Positions 11,242 to 20,588 of a stretch of 64,000 bases of DNA are shown piece after piece. Each line of letters opens with the position of its first letter. The first letter of the stretch is position 1. This DNA comes from Acidimicrobiia bacterium. GTDB lineage: Bacteria; Actinomycetota; Acidimicrobiia; IMCC26256; JAGPDB01. The translations under genes and the position numbers were made by a program. The stretch covers positions 21,092 through 85,091 of the forward strand of contig JAXLRE010000007.1 in NCBI GenBank assembly GCA_046331265.1. Direction: 5' to 3'. The notes under the pieces were generated by a model. The model did not search any database and had not been told where the DNA came from. It worked only from the letters and a program-made list of their open reading frames with translations.

Positions 11242-12762
11242 TTAGCTAGGTAATGTCTCTCTTATAGTTGTAAATCTAAGGGGTTCACTATCCATTGGAT
11301 AGAAATTTCCGTACGCATCAGCTAATGCTTTTAAGGCAGGATCAAGTCTTCTCGATTTTGTTGGCGTAAATTCAGCACGTACGGTTATTTTCCAATCGGA
11401 AGGAAAACTTTGGCCCATACCTAATGTAGGTGTTCGACCTTCGATCAAAACACAATCTCCTGGTTGTCCGGCAGGGGCTAGTTCGCCACCATCTACAGCA
11501 CTAGGAATTAATGGATACCCTGGATCTCCAGCAGCAAAATTGCTGTACGAAAATCTAGGATTTTTTAGCGGTGCATTTGTTGTTAAATTACAAACTTTCA
11601 AAAATATTTTTGTACCCCCAGGAGCACCTTCATAAATATTTAGATTATTATTTGGACCTAAAGCGGCATCGGCATAATATTGAACGCTAATTTTAGGATA
11701 AACATATTCCCAATGGCATTCTTCGTCGGTATCTATAGAAGCGAGCACGGCATCTAAAACTTTTTGTAAATCTGAATCAAAGTTTTCTGCCAATAGCCAG
11801 CTATTTGAATCTGCTCCAAAAACTTGATTCATAGCGTTTACTGCATCATCATGAGAGGTACCCTCATCAGAGTTAATAAGCACTCCACGTACATCCATCG
11901 GTGGCCGAACACCTGCTTGACCTTGTCTTAGTTCGTTTACAGTATCAATAATGTAACTTCGGTTTGAATGGTCAGAGTCATTAACATCACTTGGTTGGAA
12001 AACTCGATCACTATCGTTATTCACATTGGGTTTTCCGTCTGTAAGCATAAGGGCTAAGTCGATATGCTTGCCTCGATCGAAACTTGAGAACATAGGGGAT
12101 GATCCAATGTTCTTTATATCTAATAATGCGTCATCCCAGTTTGTAGCTGAAAAATTAATGTTTGTAGATGTATAAGATCCAGCATTGTATCCTCGTGCAA
12201 TGTCATATGGGTCTGAAGGATCGCGTGACATTGTATATGGATCATTTCCGACTGCATGGTCTGCGAAATATATACGATCTACAGCTGATTTTAAAGAATT
12301 AAGTGAAGTGGAATCAGTAATCGCTATAGACAACTCGCCTGTTGAGCTCTTAGGATTTTGATTTACAGATCGTGAACCAAATGCATTTACAATAACGTTT
12401 ACTTTTCCGTGTCGCCTGTCCACAAGTTCATCATATAATTTTTGTAAGAATCTGTTTACACTGTCTTTGTACAAACCTGGTGCAGCAGGGTTGTCTTGTG
12501 TAACAGAACCTGAACGGTCAAGCGATAAAGCAATTGTAAAGATAGGATTTTCACAAAATAAAGTCGCAACAGGATTATTAGTGTCTGATGTTTCACTTAG
12601 TCTTACGGTTTGAGCTTTAACATGAGTGCTTTTTGTTTTGCTATCACGAAAAGTTATTGAAGCTAAAGCAACAGCGATCAATATCAGTGCTGACAGGAAG
12701 AAGAAAAGACTTTTGGCAATATTATTTTTCGCAAATGTTGCGTTCTCGTTCGAGGCGGTCAT
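11242..12762 (-). CDS. Membrane-anchored von Willebrand factor A (vWA) domain protein, paralogue 1
   Basis: N-terminal TM anchor (SLFFFLSALILIAVALASITF), MIDAS motif LSLDRSGSV (DxSxS) and LMLTDGKPN. Long identical or near-identical blocks are shared with 12904..14337. Confidence 0.7.
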   Translation of the reverse strand: MTASNENATFAKNNIAKSLFFFLSALILIAVALASITFRDSKTKSTHVKAQTVRLSETSDTNNPVATLFCENPIFTIALSLDRSGSVTQDNPAAPGLYKDSVNRFLQKLYDELVDRRHGKVNVIVNAFGSRSVNQNPKSSTGELSIAITDSTSLNSLKSAVDRIYFADHAVGNDPYTMSRDPSDPYDIARGYNAGSYTSTNINFSATNWDDALLDIKNIGSSPMFSSFDRGKHIDLALMLTDGKPNVNNDSDRVFQPSDVNDSDHSNRSYIIDTVNELRQGQAGVRPPMDVRGVLINSDEGTSHDDAVNAMNQVFGADSNSWLLAENFDSDLQKVLDAVLASIDTDEECHWEYVYPKISVQYYADAALGPNNNLNIYEGAPGGTKIFLKVCNLTTNAPLKNPRFSYSNFAAGDPGYPLIPSAVDGGELAPAGQPGDCVLIEGRTPTLGMGQSFPSDWKITVRAEFTPTKSRRLDPALKALADAYGNFYPMDSEPLRFTTIRETLPS

Positions 12763-12903
12763 TAATCTCTCCTTCGCTTGGGCAATAGCGAAAGCTCAAA
12801 TATGAGCTTAATGACGTAATTAAACCATTAATTCGCGAAAAATATAATCAGGTACTTTTTGTTATGGGTAAAGAGACCTAGTTATTTTTGTAATTAGATT
12901 CAT

Positions 12904-14337
12904 TTATGCTGGTAGAGCAAGCCTGTCAATTTCAACACGATAATAAGTTGAATTTGAATTTACTATGTATCTACCTAATCCATCCGTTGGTAAATTTAAG
13001 CCAGGCTTGATTTTGTACTTCTTAGGTGGTTCTCTAAAGTAGCCTTTTGCAAACACAACTGAATTTGGCGGATACATTCCACCTAGAGCAATATTAATTG
13101 AAATAGTAAATGTTCTTGTCTCACCAGCTCCAAGATCTCCGACAATAAATCGTTGTACACCGTTAACATAAATCGCTACATCTTCCAGAGGCAATTTGAC
13201 GCCATTAGTTGCAATAGTATCGTTACGAACTGTTACTTTGACGCTATCAGAAGATCCTTCGTCAACAACTATGTCTGTTTTATTTAGTGACACGTTTATT
13301 GCTGGCGTTACATATTCTATTTTGCAAATATCGTCTGTATCGATTGATTCTATGATGTCATCTAAAACCTTTTGTAAGTCTGATTCGAAGTTATCCGCAG
13401 TTGAATAATTAGCCGAACCTGCGCCAAAAACTTCATCCATTGCAGATGTTGCATCTGAATTTATCAAAACACCACGTACAACCATTGGAGGACGAGATCC
13501 TTCACCTTGACGTAATTTGCGTACTGTATCTGCTGAATAGATACGGCCTTGAGCCGCATCATAACTTGATACGTCACTAGGTTGAAAAACACGGTCTGAA
13601 CCGTTGTTAACATTTGGTTTTCCATCAGTAAGCATAAGGGTTAAATCTATGTGTTTACCTGGGGCAGAATCTGCATATGATGCTGATCCAACTTTGGCTA
13701 CTTCGTTAAACGCGTCATCCCAGTTTGTATATGTAAAAGGAACCGCTGTTGGGGTGCGTACACCAGCATTATATCCCCGTGCTACATCATTTGGATTTTC
13801 AGATGCATTCATCGTCGAATCATCATTTCCATATGCTGCTTTAGAGAAGAATATTTCGTTAACACTTTGTTTCATGACATCTAAACTTGTTGTGTCATTA
13901 ATTCTTGTTATCAGCTGATTAGATGCTGTCTTTTTATTTTGGCTAACGGTCCTTGAACCAAATGCATAAAGCAGAACGTTTGCCTCTCCCCCACGAGAAA
14001 TAAGAATATTACTTAAGCTAGAAAGAAATCTATTAACACTTTCTTTATAAAAATTAGGATTTGAATCGATCTCTGAGACAGAACCTGAACGGTCCAGCAC
14101 CAGAGCAAGCGTCAATACAGGCTTCTCACAATCGAGTTTTATCGGCGGATTAACAACATCATTATTTGCGCTTAACCGTACAGATTTTGTCTTAAGCAAG
14201 GGATTTGCGCCTGATTTAGTAGAACCAACGATAGTCAAGGCGCTTACTAATGCAACTGAAATAGCCAATGCAATAAGAGTTATATGGTACCGATTAATAC
14301 GGTGGGGCTTAACGGTCTCTTCCATGGAGGCGCTCAT
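12904..14337 (-). CDS. Membrane-anchored vWA domain protein, paralogue 2 (C-terminal CARDB/Ig-like domain)
   Basis: TM anchor (ITLIALAISVALVSALTIV), MIDAS LVLDRSGSV, and LMLTDGKPN. The C-terminal segment VSLNKTDIVVDEGSSDSVKVTVRNDT...GDLGAGETRTFTISI resembles CARDB-type Ig folds. Confidence 0.7.
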   Translation of the reverse strand: MSASMEETVKPHRINRYHITLIALAISVALVSALTIVGSTKSGANPLLKTKSVRLSANNDVVNPPIKLDCEKPVLTLALVLDRSGSVSEIDSNPNFYKESVNRFLSSLSNILISRGGEANVLLYAFGSRTVSQNKKTASNQLITRINDTTSLDVMKQSVNEIFFSKAAYGNDDSTMNASENPNDVARGYNAGVRTPTAVPFTYTNWDDAFNEVAKVGSASYADSAPGKHIDLTLMLTDGKPNVNNGSDRVFQPSDVSSYDAAQGRIYSADTVRKLRQGEGSRPPMVVRGVLINSDATSAMDEVFGAGSANYSTADNFESDLQKVLDDIIESIDTDDICKIEYVTPAINVSLNKTDIVVDEGSSDSVKVTVRNDTIATNGVKLPLEDVAIYVNGVQRFIVGDLGAGETRTFTISINIALGGMYPPNSVVFAKGYFREPPKKYKIKPGLNLPTDGLGRYIVNSNSTYYRVEIDRLALPA

Positions 14338-14448
14338 AGAAATCTCCCTTTACGTGAATGAAGCGTCTCCACGCGCATCTATGGGCTTATACGTATAATT
14401 TTAGTACTAAAGCGAATAAAGCGAAACTAGTATTTTTTGTAACGTGTT

Positions 14449-15507
14449 TTATACATATAGAGATTCGTTAAATTGGTCTCTAATCTTTTTTATTTCTTGT
14501 TGATCACTAGTAACACATATTTGACATAAAGAAGTAATGCATAATTCAATTGCGATTTCAGCATCTATTGCATTAGCTCCTTTTAAGATCGTATCTACAC
14601 ATCCTAAAATTTCTATGGAAGTTAATATTTTTCTTGTACCCAAACTGCGTGAGGCATCTAAAGTTTTTTTAGCAGCATACGGATTACCTTTTGAACCTAG
14701 AGCACTGTATGCATCATTTTGATTACGGATACTGCTGTCATCGAGTGTTGCTAACTTTCGAAAATGATTTGATAAAAGCGAAAGTATTTGCAATGGATGC
14801 ATTGGCTTAACATTTGCAGATGATGTTGAATGCATCATTCTTGAGACTACGTCTAAAGAAGTTTTTATATCACCATTTAAGATATCGTTCGAAAGTTCAT
14901 ATATAGCGACATTGCCCGCTTCACCCATAAAAGGCTTAACTTCTTCAAATCCGACTTGAGAATTTGTACCATACACCGATTCAAGCCTCGAAAATAAACC
15001 ACGTATTTTTGTCGAGTCTTGACCATAATGTTTAAGGATTAAATCGTTCAAACCTGGTTCTAATTTTATCTTATGTTCTTTTATAAGATTTTTAAGTACA
15101 TCATTTTCAGATTCTTTTACCTGTCCTCTTTGCTCAACGATATTCTTCCAAGCTTTTGTCAACGAAGCTGAAATTCTTCCTCCACCTTGAATAACAATCA
15201 AATAGGAAGTCTCTACAGGATTTTCAATATAACTAAGTAATGATGCAACATCTTCTGTGGATGCAGCACCAATATTCGAAATAATCACGATTCTAAATGG
15301 CGTCAAAAAAGGAGGACTTATCAGTGAACTGACTGCCGATTCTATTATCTTGGATTTTTCTTCATCTTCCCCAGCATTCGAAAGATCGAAACTTTCTACA
15401 CATAATGATTTATCTTGACCATTAAGCAATTCTGTTTCAAGCTTCGATAGTTCAGAATATTTTCCTTCTTCGTCATCGCCTGTTATATAGAATAGAGTTT
15501 TGGCCAT
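14449..15507 (-). CDS. holA: DNA polymerase III delta subunit (HolA)
   Basis: Called from the 352-aa size and the conserved position directly downstream of comEC and next to rpsT. The sequence alone gives no sharp motif, so this rests largely on synteny. Confidence 0.65.
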   Translation of the reverse strand: MAKTLFYITGDDEEGKYSELSKLETELLNGQDKSLCVESFDLSNAGEDEEKSKIIESAVSSLISPPFLTPFRIVIISNIGAASTEDVASLLSYIENPVETSYLIVIQGGGRISASLTKAWKNIVEQRGQVKESENDVLKNLIKEHKIKLEPGLNDLILKHYGQDSTKIRGLFSRLESVYGTNSQVGFEEVKPFMGEAGNVAIYELSNDILNGDIKTSLDVVSRMMHSTSSANVKPMHPLQILSLLSNHFRKLATLDDSSIRNQNDAYSALGSKGNPYAAKKTLDASRSLGTRKILTSIEILGCVDTILKGANAIDAEIAIELCITSLCQICVTSDQQEIKKIRDQFNESLYV

Positions 15508-16774
15508 TGGATTTACCTATAAGATTTTGCTTTCTTAACTTATAAGTGTAGGCGATTACACAAAGACCGGTCAGTGTCCACCCTATAAATTTTCCTTTCT
15601 CACTCGATCCAATAAATGCAATGAAATTTAGTGTTTTAATGCCAAAATCCATGGGCAAAATTAATAATGCCGTAACTATATTTTTTTGACCAACCAACCC
15701 TGATAGGCCAATAATAAACATTCCTATACTGCTCAATATTTCTGCAATAAAAACCCCGATAACCGAAGCCCACCATCTAATAGGAAAACTGTATCCAAAT
15801 ACCCTCCAAAGTACCGGTTGAACACAAATTGTTGCACTTATCGTATTTGAAAGTATTTGAGCTTTTAAATATTTATTGATTTTGGGCGAGACAACTATTA
15901 ATCCATATGTTGCTGAAGCGCTAAGCCAAAACCCTACCCTGTAAAACAAAAAGGGATCTAGGCATAATGATAAAAATATAGTCAAAATAAGTATTTTTAA
16001 TTGTGAAATTTTATATCCATTCATTGCAAATAAAGACGGTAAGAGAACCATTAAGCTAGCGCGCAATATTGAAGGTTCGAATCTGGTTGCAAAGCAGTAA
16101 AACAAAGATACGCTTATCATTAATAACATACGAAAATTTAAAGATTTATTTTTAGTTAGAGGCATTATAAATCCCAGCAAAAAAGCAATGTTTGCCCCTG
16201 ATGCAACCAATATATGCGTTAACTGCGATTTACGGTATTGATCGTATACTTTTTTATCTATTTTATTTTTTTCACCTATTAGCAAGCCCTGACAGACGCC
16301 AACAGAATCCTTAGATAAATTTAAACATCCAAACGTTACGATATCTCTAAACCGCTGAGAAGTAGCATAAAGAACATTGTTCGATTTGGTTATATTAAAT
16401 ATCTTTTCTATTTTAAATACAGCAATTACATGTTCTTTTAATCTATATTTTTGAAAGTTATTTAATGACAGTAAATATCCTTCGACTACAATTTCATCTC
16501 CAACTCTTAGTCCAGAAACCAAACTGTTATTTATAGAATCACTAATTGCTAAGACTCTGTGCTTAATATACTGATCAGATGCAACAAATGATTTGGAATA
16601 CAGTGTGCTTTCGATGTCATCTCTTACCATCAATTTTGTTTTATAAGATGTTTGACTATTAACTATTTCTTTTAATCGTGGACTTGCCATATTGCTGGTT
16701 TCTACATCTAATCTAAGTAGAAATACAATACTTAAACCTATAAGTGAGAATATAAATAATATTTTTGATGTCAT
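15473..16774 (-). CDS. comEC: ComEC/Rec2-family membrane channel protein (short form, no metallo-beta-lactamase domain)
   Basis: 433-aa polytopic membrane protein with an N-terminal OB-like soluble insert. It lies immediately downstream of comEA and overlaps it at the start/stop. Confidence 0.7.
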   Translation of the reverse strand: MTSKILFIFSLIGLSIVFLLRLDVETSNMASPRLKEIVNSQTSYKTKLMVRDDIESTLYSKSFVASDQYIKHRVLAISDSINNSLVSGLRVGDEIVVEGYLLSLNNFQKYRLKEHVIAVFKIEKIFNITKSNNVLYATSQRFRDIVTFGCLNLSKDSVGVCQGLLIGEKNKIDKKVYDQYRKSQLTHILVASGANIAFLLGFIMPLTKNKSLNFRMLLMISVSLFYCFATRFEPSILRASLMVLLPSLFAMNGYKISQLKILILTIFLSLCLDPFLFYRVGFWLSASATYGLIVVSPKINKYLKAQILSNTISATICVQPVLWRVFGYSFPIRWWASVIGVFIAEILSSIGMFIIGLSGLVGQKNIVTALLILPMDFGIKTLNFIAFIGSSEKGKFIGWTLTGLCVIAYTYKLRKQNLIGKSNGQNSILYNRR

Positions 16775-17484
16775 ATACTCACTAAATCTTTTAAGTCGCT
16801 AAAGCGTTTATCTCCAATACCTTTTACATTTCTTAAATCATTAATTGATTTATACCCTCGTGTTTTACGATATTGAATAATTGAAGAAGCTAATGATGGC
16901 CCAACACCAGGCAGTGTTTCTAATTCACTTTGTGATGCAGTATTTAAGTTGATTTTCGAATTAGTATTTTGAGTCTCTTGCGTAGAGCCTATTTCACCTT
17001 GGCCTATAGACGCGTTTAAGCATGTTAGATTCGATTCGTTCATTGATGGCACACGAATTGTTGAACCATCTTGCACAAACGCAGCTAAATCACAATGAGC
17101 TAGATTTGCTTCACTTTTCGGTCCCCCAGCTTTTTCAATTGCATCGATTACGCGAGATTTGGTATCTATTTCAACTACAGAAGGCTTATTTACTGCACCT
17201 GTCACATATACTTTCATGAGAACTTGTCTGGTCGTCGATGGCAATTGAGTATTAGAAGTTGGAATATTAATTTGTTCTGACTTAGTTGAGGTTTGTGATT
17301 TTTGTGTTAAAAAATAACCAAAAATTATAAATACTCCAACTGTTATTAAAACAATTTTTAAAAAGTTATTTTGAATATATTCTTTTATCTTCTCTATATT
17401 GGTGGGTTCAAAAGCAGGCCGAATTGGGGTTTTAACAATGTTTGTATTCTCTGCAATATTGCGAAACTCTGAAAATGATTCCAT
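16771..17484 (-). CDS. comEA: ComEA DNA receptor (TM anchor, SLBB-like domain, C-terminal helix-hairpin-helix)
   Basis: C-terminal HhH motif INLNTASQSELETLPGVGPSLASSIIQYRKTRGYKSINDLRNVKGIG, plus an N-terminal TM helix. Confidence 0.85.
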   Translation of the reverse strand: MESFSEFRNIAENTNIVKTPIRPAFEPTNIEKIKEYIQNNFLKIVLITVGVFIIFGYFLTQKSQTSTKSEQINIPTSNTQLPSTTRQVLMKVYVTGAVNKPSVVEIDTKSRVIDAIEKAGGPKSEANLAHCDLAAFVQDGSTIRVPSMNESNLTCLNASIGQGEIGSTQETQNTNSKINLNTASQSELETLPGVGPSLASSIIQYRKTRGYKSINDLRNVKGIGDKRFSDLKDLVSI

Positions 17485-17560
17485 GACTTCCCTTTTGAAA
17501 ATTTGAAGGGAAGAAAAGACAGTATATCGAAGCTATTCTGATCTGTAAAAGAAATCTTCG

Positions 17561-20365
17561 TTATTTAATGACAAAATTCACCATTCTGCCTGGGACCGCA
17601 ATCACCTTAATGGTTTCTTTGCCAGCTAGAAGCTCGGCAATTTTCTCATCAGCTCTTGCTGCTTCTTCTAGTTCGTTCGCATTTGCATCAGGAGAAACAT
17701 TTATACGAGATTTTACTTTACCTAAAATCTGTACAGGTATTTCAATCACATCATCGACTAAATACTCGCCTTGTGCTTTTGGAAATTCTTGATATACAAC
17801 GCTTTCGCTATTGCCTAATTTCTGCCATAGCTCTTCAGCAATATGTGGAGCTAAAGGTGCAACCATCAAGGTCATAGCTATAGCGATCTCCCGAGGACAT
17901 TTATTTCCTTTAGAAATGTGCTTTGTTACTTGATTATTTAATTCGTACATTTTTGCAATTGCAGTATTGAAACTTAAATTTTGATAATCATTCGTTACAG
18001 CATCAATTGTTTTATGCAAAGTCTTTTTCAAGTCTTCAGAGTAATCGTCATCAGAAACATCAATCTCACCTGTTTCTTCGTTAATGATACTGCGCCATAG
18101 ACGCTGTAAAAATCTATATACACCAGATACATCCGACGTTGACCAAGGACGCGACATTTCAAGTGGACCCATAAACATTTCGTACATACGCAAAGTATCT
18201 GCACCGTAATCTGTGCACATATCATCTGGAGAAATCATATTCTTCAGAGATTTCCCTATCTTTCCAAACTCTTGTTCTACTTCTTCGTTGTTATAGAAAT
18301 ATTTACCATCACGCTCAACCACTTCTTTAGCCTCAACATAGAAGCCACGCGAATCCTTATACGCACTACCTTGAATCATTCCCTGATTAATTAATCTTTG
18401 AAATGGTTCTTTCGTTGATACGTACCCACGGTCGTAAAGAACTTTATGCCAAAAACGGGCATAGAGTAAATGCAAAACTGCATGTTCTGCCCCTCCGACA
18501 TATAAATCAACAATTCCATATTGGCCTGTTTTGCCAGCCCAATATTTTTCAACTTCTTTATTGATCATTTCATTTTCATTTTTGGGATCAAGATACCTTA
18601 AGTAGTACCAACAAGAACCAGCCCAGTTTGGCATAGTATTTGTTTCACGACGATACGTTTTTAGGCCATCGCCTAAATCAAGTTCAACTTTAACCCAATC
18701 AGTTGCTCTACCCAATGGTGGTTTCGGTTCAGCATCGGGATCGTCCGAACTTTCTGGAGCAAAGTTATCTAAGTCAGGAAGAACTACAGGCAGCATAGAT
18801 TCTGGCAAGTCATATGCCAAACCATCTTCATCAAAAACTATCGGGAAAGGTTCACCCCAATATCGTTGACGAGAAAATAACCAATCACGTAAACGATATG
18901 TAATTGTGGATTCGGCTGCTCCGTTTGTTTCAAGCCAATCAGTAATTGCTTCTTTAGCTTCCTTAGATTTCATCCCTGTAAATTGTTCAGATTCAATCAA
19001 TATTCCTTCTTCAGTGAAGCTATATTCTTTCGCTAAAACTTTCTTAGCTTCATCTTGATCTTCCGGAATTACGGTCACTCGAGCATCAATTCCAAATTTC
19101 TTTAAAAATTCGAAGTCTCTTTCGTCATGTATATCGCCGAACACTGCCCCAGTTCCATATCCTGCTAATACGAAATCACCTACCCACACAGGTATTGCTT
19201 CACCGTTTGCTGGGTTTATTGCATAAGCTCCCGTAAATACACCTGTTTTCTCTTTATCCATTGATGTACGCTCTAGCTCTTTTTTAGATGCGGACTCTGC
19301 AACGTAATCTTTGACGGCTTGCATGTTTTCTTGCGTTGTGATTTCATTTACCAGCTGATGTTCTGGAGCCAATACAACAAATGCAGCAGAAAATATAGTG
19401 TCTGCTCGTGTTGTAAATACCTTAATTGGATCTCCAGCAAAACCAGAAACATCAAAAGCTATTGTTGCACCGCGTGACTTACCAATCCAATTTATTTGTT
19501 GTAACTTAATTGCATCAGACCAATCGAGACCATCTAGATCTTGCACTAAGCGATCAGCATATTTAGTAATACGCATCATCCACTGCTTCATAGGTCGTTT
19601 GAAAACATCAAAATTTCCGCGTTCAGATTTACCATCTGCTGTAACTTCTTCATTAGCTAAAACAGTTCCTAAGCCTGGACACCAATTCACCACAGAATCC
19701 GCAAGATATGCAAGACGATATGAATCAATAATGTGAGTCTGCTGTTTTTTATCTAGCAGTCTCCATGAAGATCCATCCTCAGGAATTCTTTTTCCTGATT
19801 CAAATTCTTCAATTAAGTCTTCAATTGGTCTTGCCTTATTTAGTTCTTCATCGAAATATGAATTATAAATTTGTAAAAATACCCATTGTGTCCACTTGTA
19901 ATAATCAGGATCAATAGTCGAGACAGATCTGCGTGGATCATAATCCATGCCTATTCTTTTTAATTGCTTTTGTATTATTGCAATATTTTTTTCTGTTGTA
20001 ATACGTGGATGCGTTCCTGTTTGTACAGCGTATTGTTCCGCAGGCAAGCCAAACGCATCAAAACCAAAGGAATGCATTACGTTATAGCCCATCATTCTTT
20101 TGAATCTGGCATATACATCAGTCGCTATATAGCCAAGCGGATGTCCAACATGTAATCCTGCACCAGAAGGATAAGGAAACATATCTAATATGTATATTTT
20201 TTCTTTACTTGCATCAAAATTTCTTGATAAATCGCCAATTGGATTAGGTGTGTAGTAAGTATGGTTTTGTTCCCAAATGTCTTGCCATTTGAGTTCTAGA
20301 GCATTAGCGAGCTTTGCGTCATATTTATATTGAGGTTCTCTAGATTGGCTTGTTGGATCTGACAT
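17561..20365 (-). CDS. leuS: Leucyl-tRNA synthetase
   Basis: 934 aa. HIGH-type motif GLHVGHPLGY, a KMSKS-type loop (KIGKSLKN), and class Ia editing-domain architecture. Confidence 0.95.
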   Translation of the reverse strand: MSDPTSQSREPQYKYDAKLANALELKWQDIWEQNHTYYTPNPIGDLSRNFDASKEKIYILDMFPYPSGAGLHVGHPLGYIATDVYARFKRMMGYNVMHSFGFDAFGLPAEQYAVQTGTHPRITTEKNIAIIQKQLKRIGMDYDPRRSVSTIDPDYYKWTQWVFLQIYNSYFDEELNKARPIEDLIEEFESGKRIPEDGSSWRLLDKKQQTHIIDSYRLAYLADSVVNWCPGLGTVLANEEVTADGKSERGNFDVFKRPMKQWMMRITKYADRLVQDLDGLDWSDAIKLQQINWIGKSRGATIAFDVSGFAGDPIKVFTTRADTIFSAAFVVLAPEHQLVNEITTQENMQAVKDYVAESASKKELERTSMDKEKTGVFTGAYAINPANGEAIPVWVGDFVLAGYGTGAVFGDIHDERDFEFLKKFGIDARVTVIPEDQDEAKKVLAKEYSFTEEGILIESEQFTGMKSKEAKEAITDWLETNGAAESTITYRLRDWLFSRQRYWGEPFPIVFDEDGLAYDLPESMLPVVLPDLDNFAPESSDDPDAEPKPPLGRATDWVKVELDLGDGLKTYRRETNTMPNWAGSCWYYLRYLDPKNENEMINKEVEKYWAGKTGQYGIVDLYVGGAEHAVLHLLYARFWHKVLYDRGYVSTKEPFQRLINQGMIQGSAYKDSRGFYVEAKEVVERDGKYFYNNEEVEQEFGKIGKSLKNMISPDDMCTDYGADTLRMYEMFMGPLEMSRPWSTSDVSGVYRFLQRLWRSIINEETGEIDVSDDDYSEDLKKTLHKTIDAVTNDYQNLSFNTAIAKMYELNNQVTKHISKGNKCPREIAIAMTLMVAPLAPHIAEELWQKLGNSESVVYQEFPKAQGEYLVDDVIEIPVQILGKVKSRINVSPDANANELEEAARADEKIAELLAGKETIKVIAVPGRMVNFVIK

Positions 20366-20409
20366 GAAGATTAATCTTAGTTGTGTTCAATCATTGTTCG
20401 CTTATTGAT

Positions 20410-20438
20410 TTGCACAAACCGGACAACTGAGCTATTAT
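20410..20438 (+). promoter_or_regulatory. Predicted sigma70-type promoter (TTGCAC - 17 nt - TATTAT)
   Basis: -35 TTGCAC at 20410..20415, a 17-nt spacer, and -10 TATTAT at 20433..20438. This is the only plausible promoter for the downstream + strand gene. Confidence 0.45.
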
Positions 20439-20472
20439 CTATTTAATGCTTAAATTTAATTCGTACGAAGTG

Positions 20473-20511
20473 ATGATGAGCCCCGCACGGGGCATTGATC
20501 GTCTTGCGTAA
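20473..20511 (+). promoter_or_regulatory. Candidate 12-codon leader peptide ORF (MMSPARGIDRLA*) inside the 5' leader
   Basis: ATG ATG AGC CCC GCA CGG GGC ATT GAT CGT CTT GCG TAA. It overlaps GC hairpin 1 (20480..20493). The SD is weak (GAAG), so translation is unproven. Confidence 0.3.
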
Positions 20512-20527
20512 TTAAGCACGACCGAAC

Positions 20528-20557
20528 AATCACCCCGCCGATGGGGTGATTTTTTTT
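20528..20557 (+). terminator. Rho-independent terminator / attenuator in the leader of the 20589 gene
   Basis: AATCACCCC-GCCGAT-GGGGTGATT stem-loop followed by T7. It lies only ~30 nt upstream of the ATG at 20589, and no gene precedes it on the + strand. Confidence 0.7.
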
Positions 20558-20588
20558 GCTCCATCAGCGGTTAACCAAGGAGCAAAAA

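Noticed and set aside
20480-20550. The GC-rich hairpins in the leuS-divergent spacer might be the actinobacterial 6C sRNA.
   Set aside because: 6C RNA carries its C-runs in the loops of two hairpins. Here the C-runs are base-paired in stems. The second hairpin is a terminator placed ~30 nt before a start codon, which fits a cis-acting leader better.
20556-20588. The ORF-track start (TTG 20556) for the 378-aa protein.
   Set aside because: The TTG lies within the terminator T-tract and has no SD. The ATG at 20589 is preceded by AAGGAG at good spacing.
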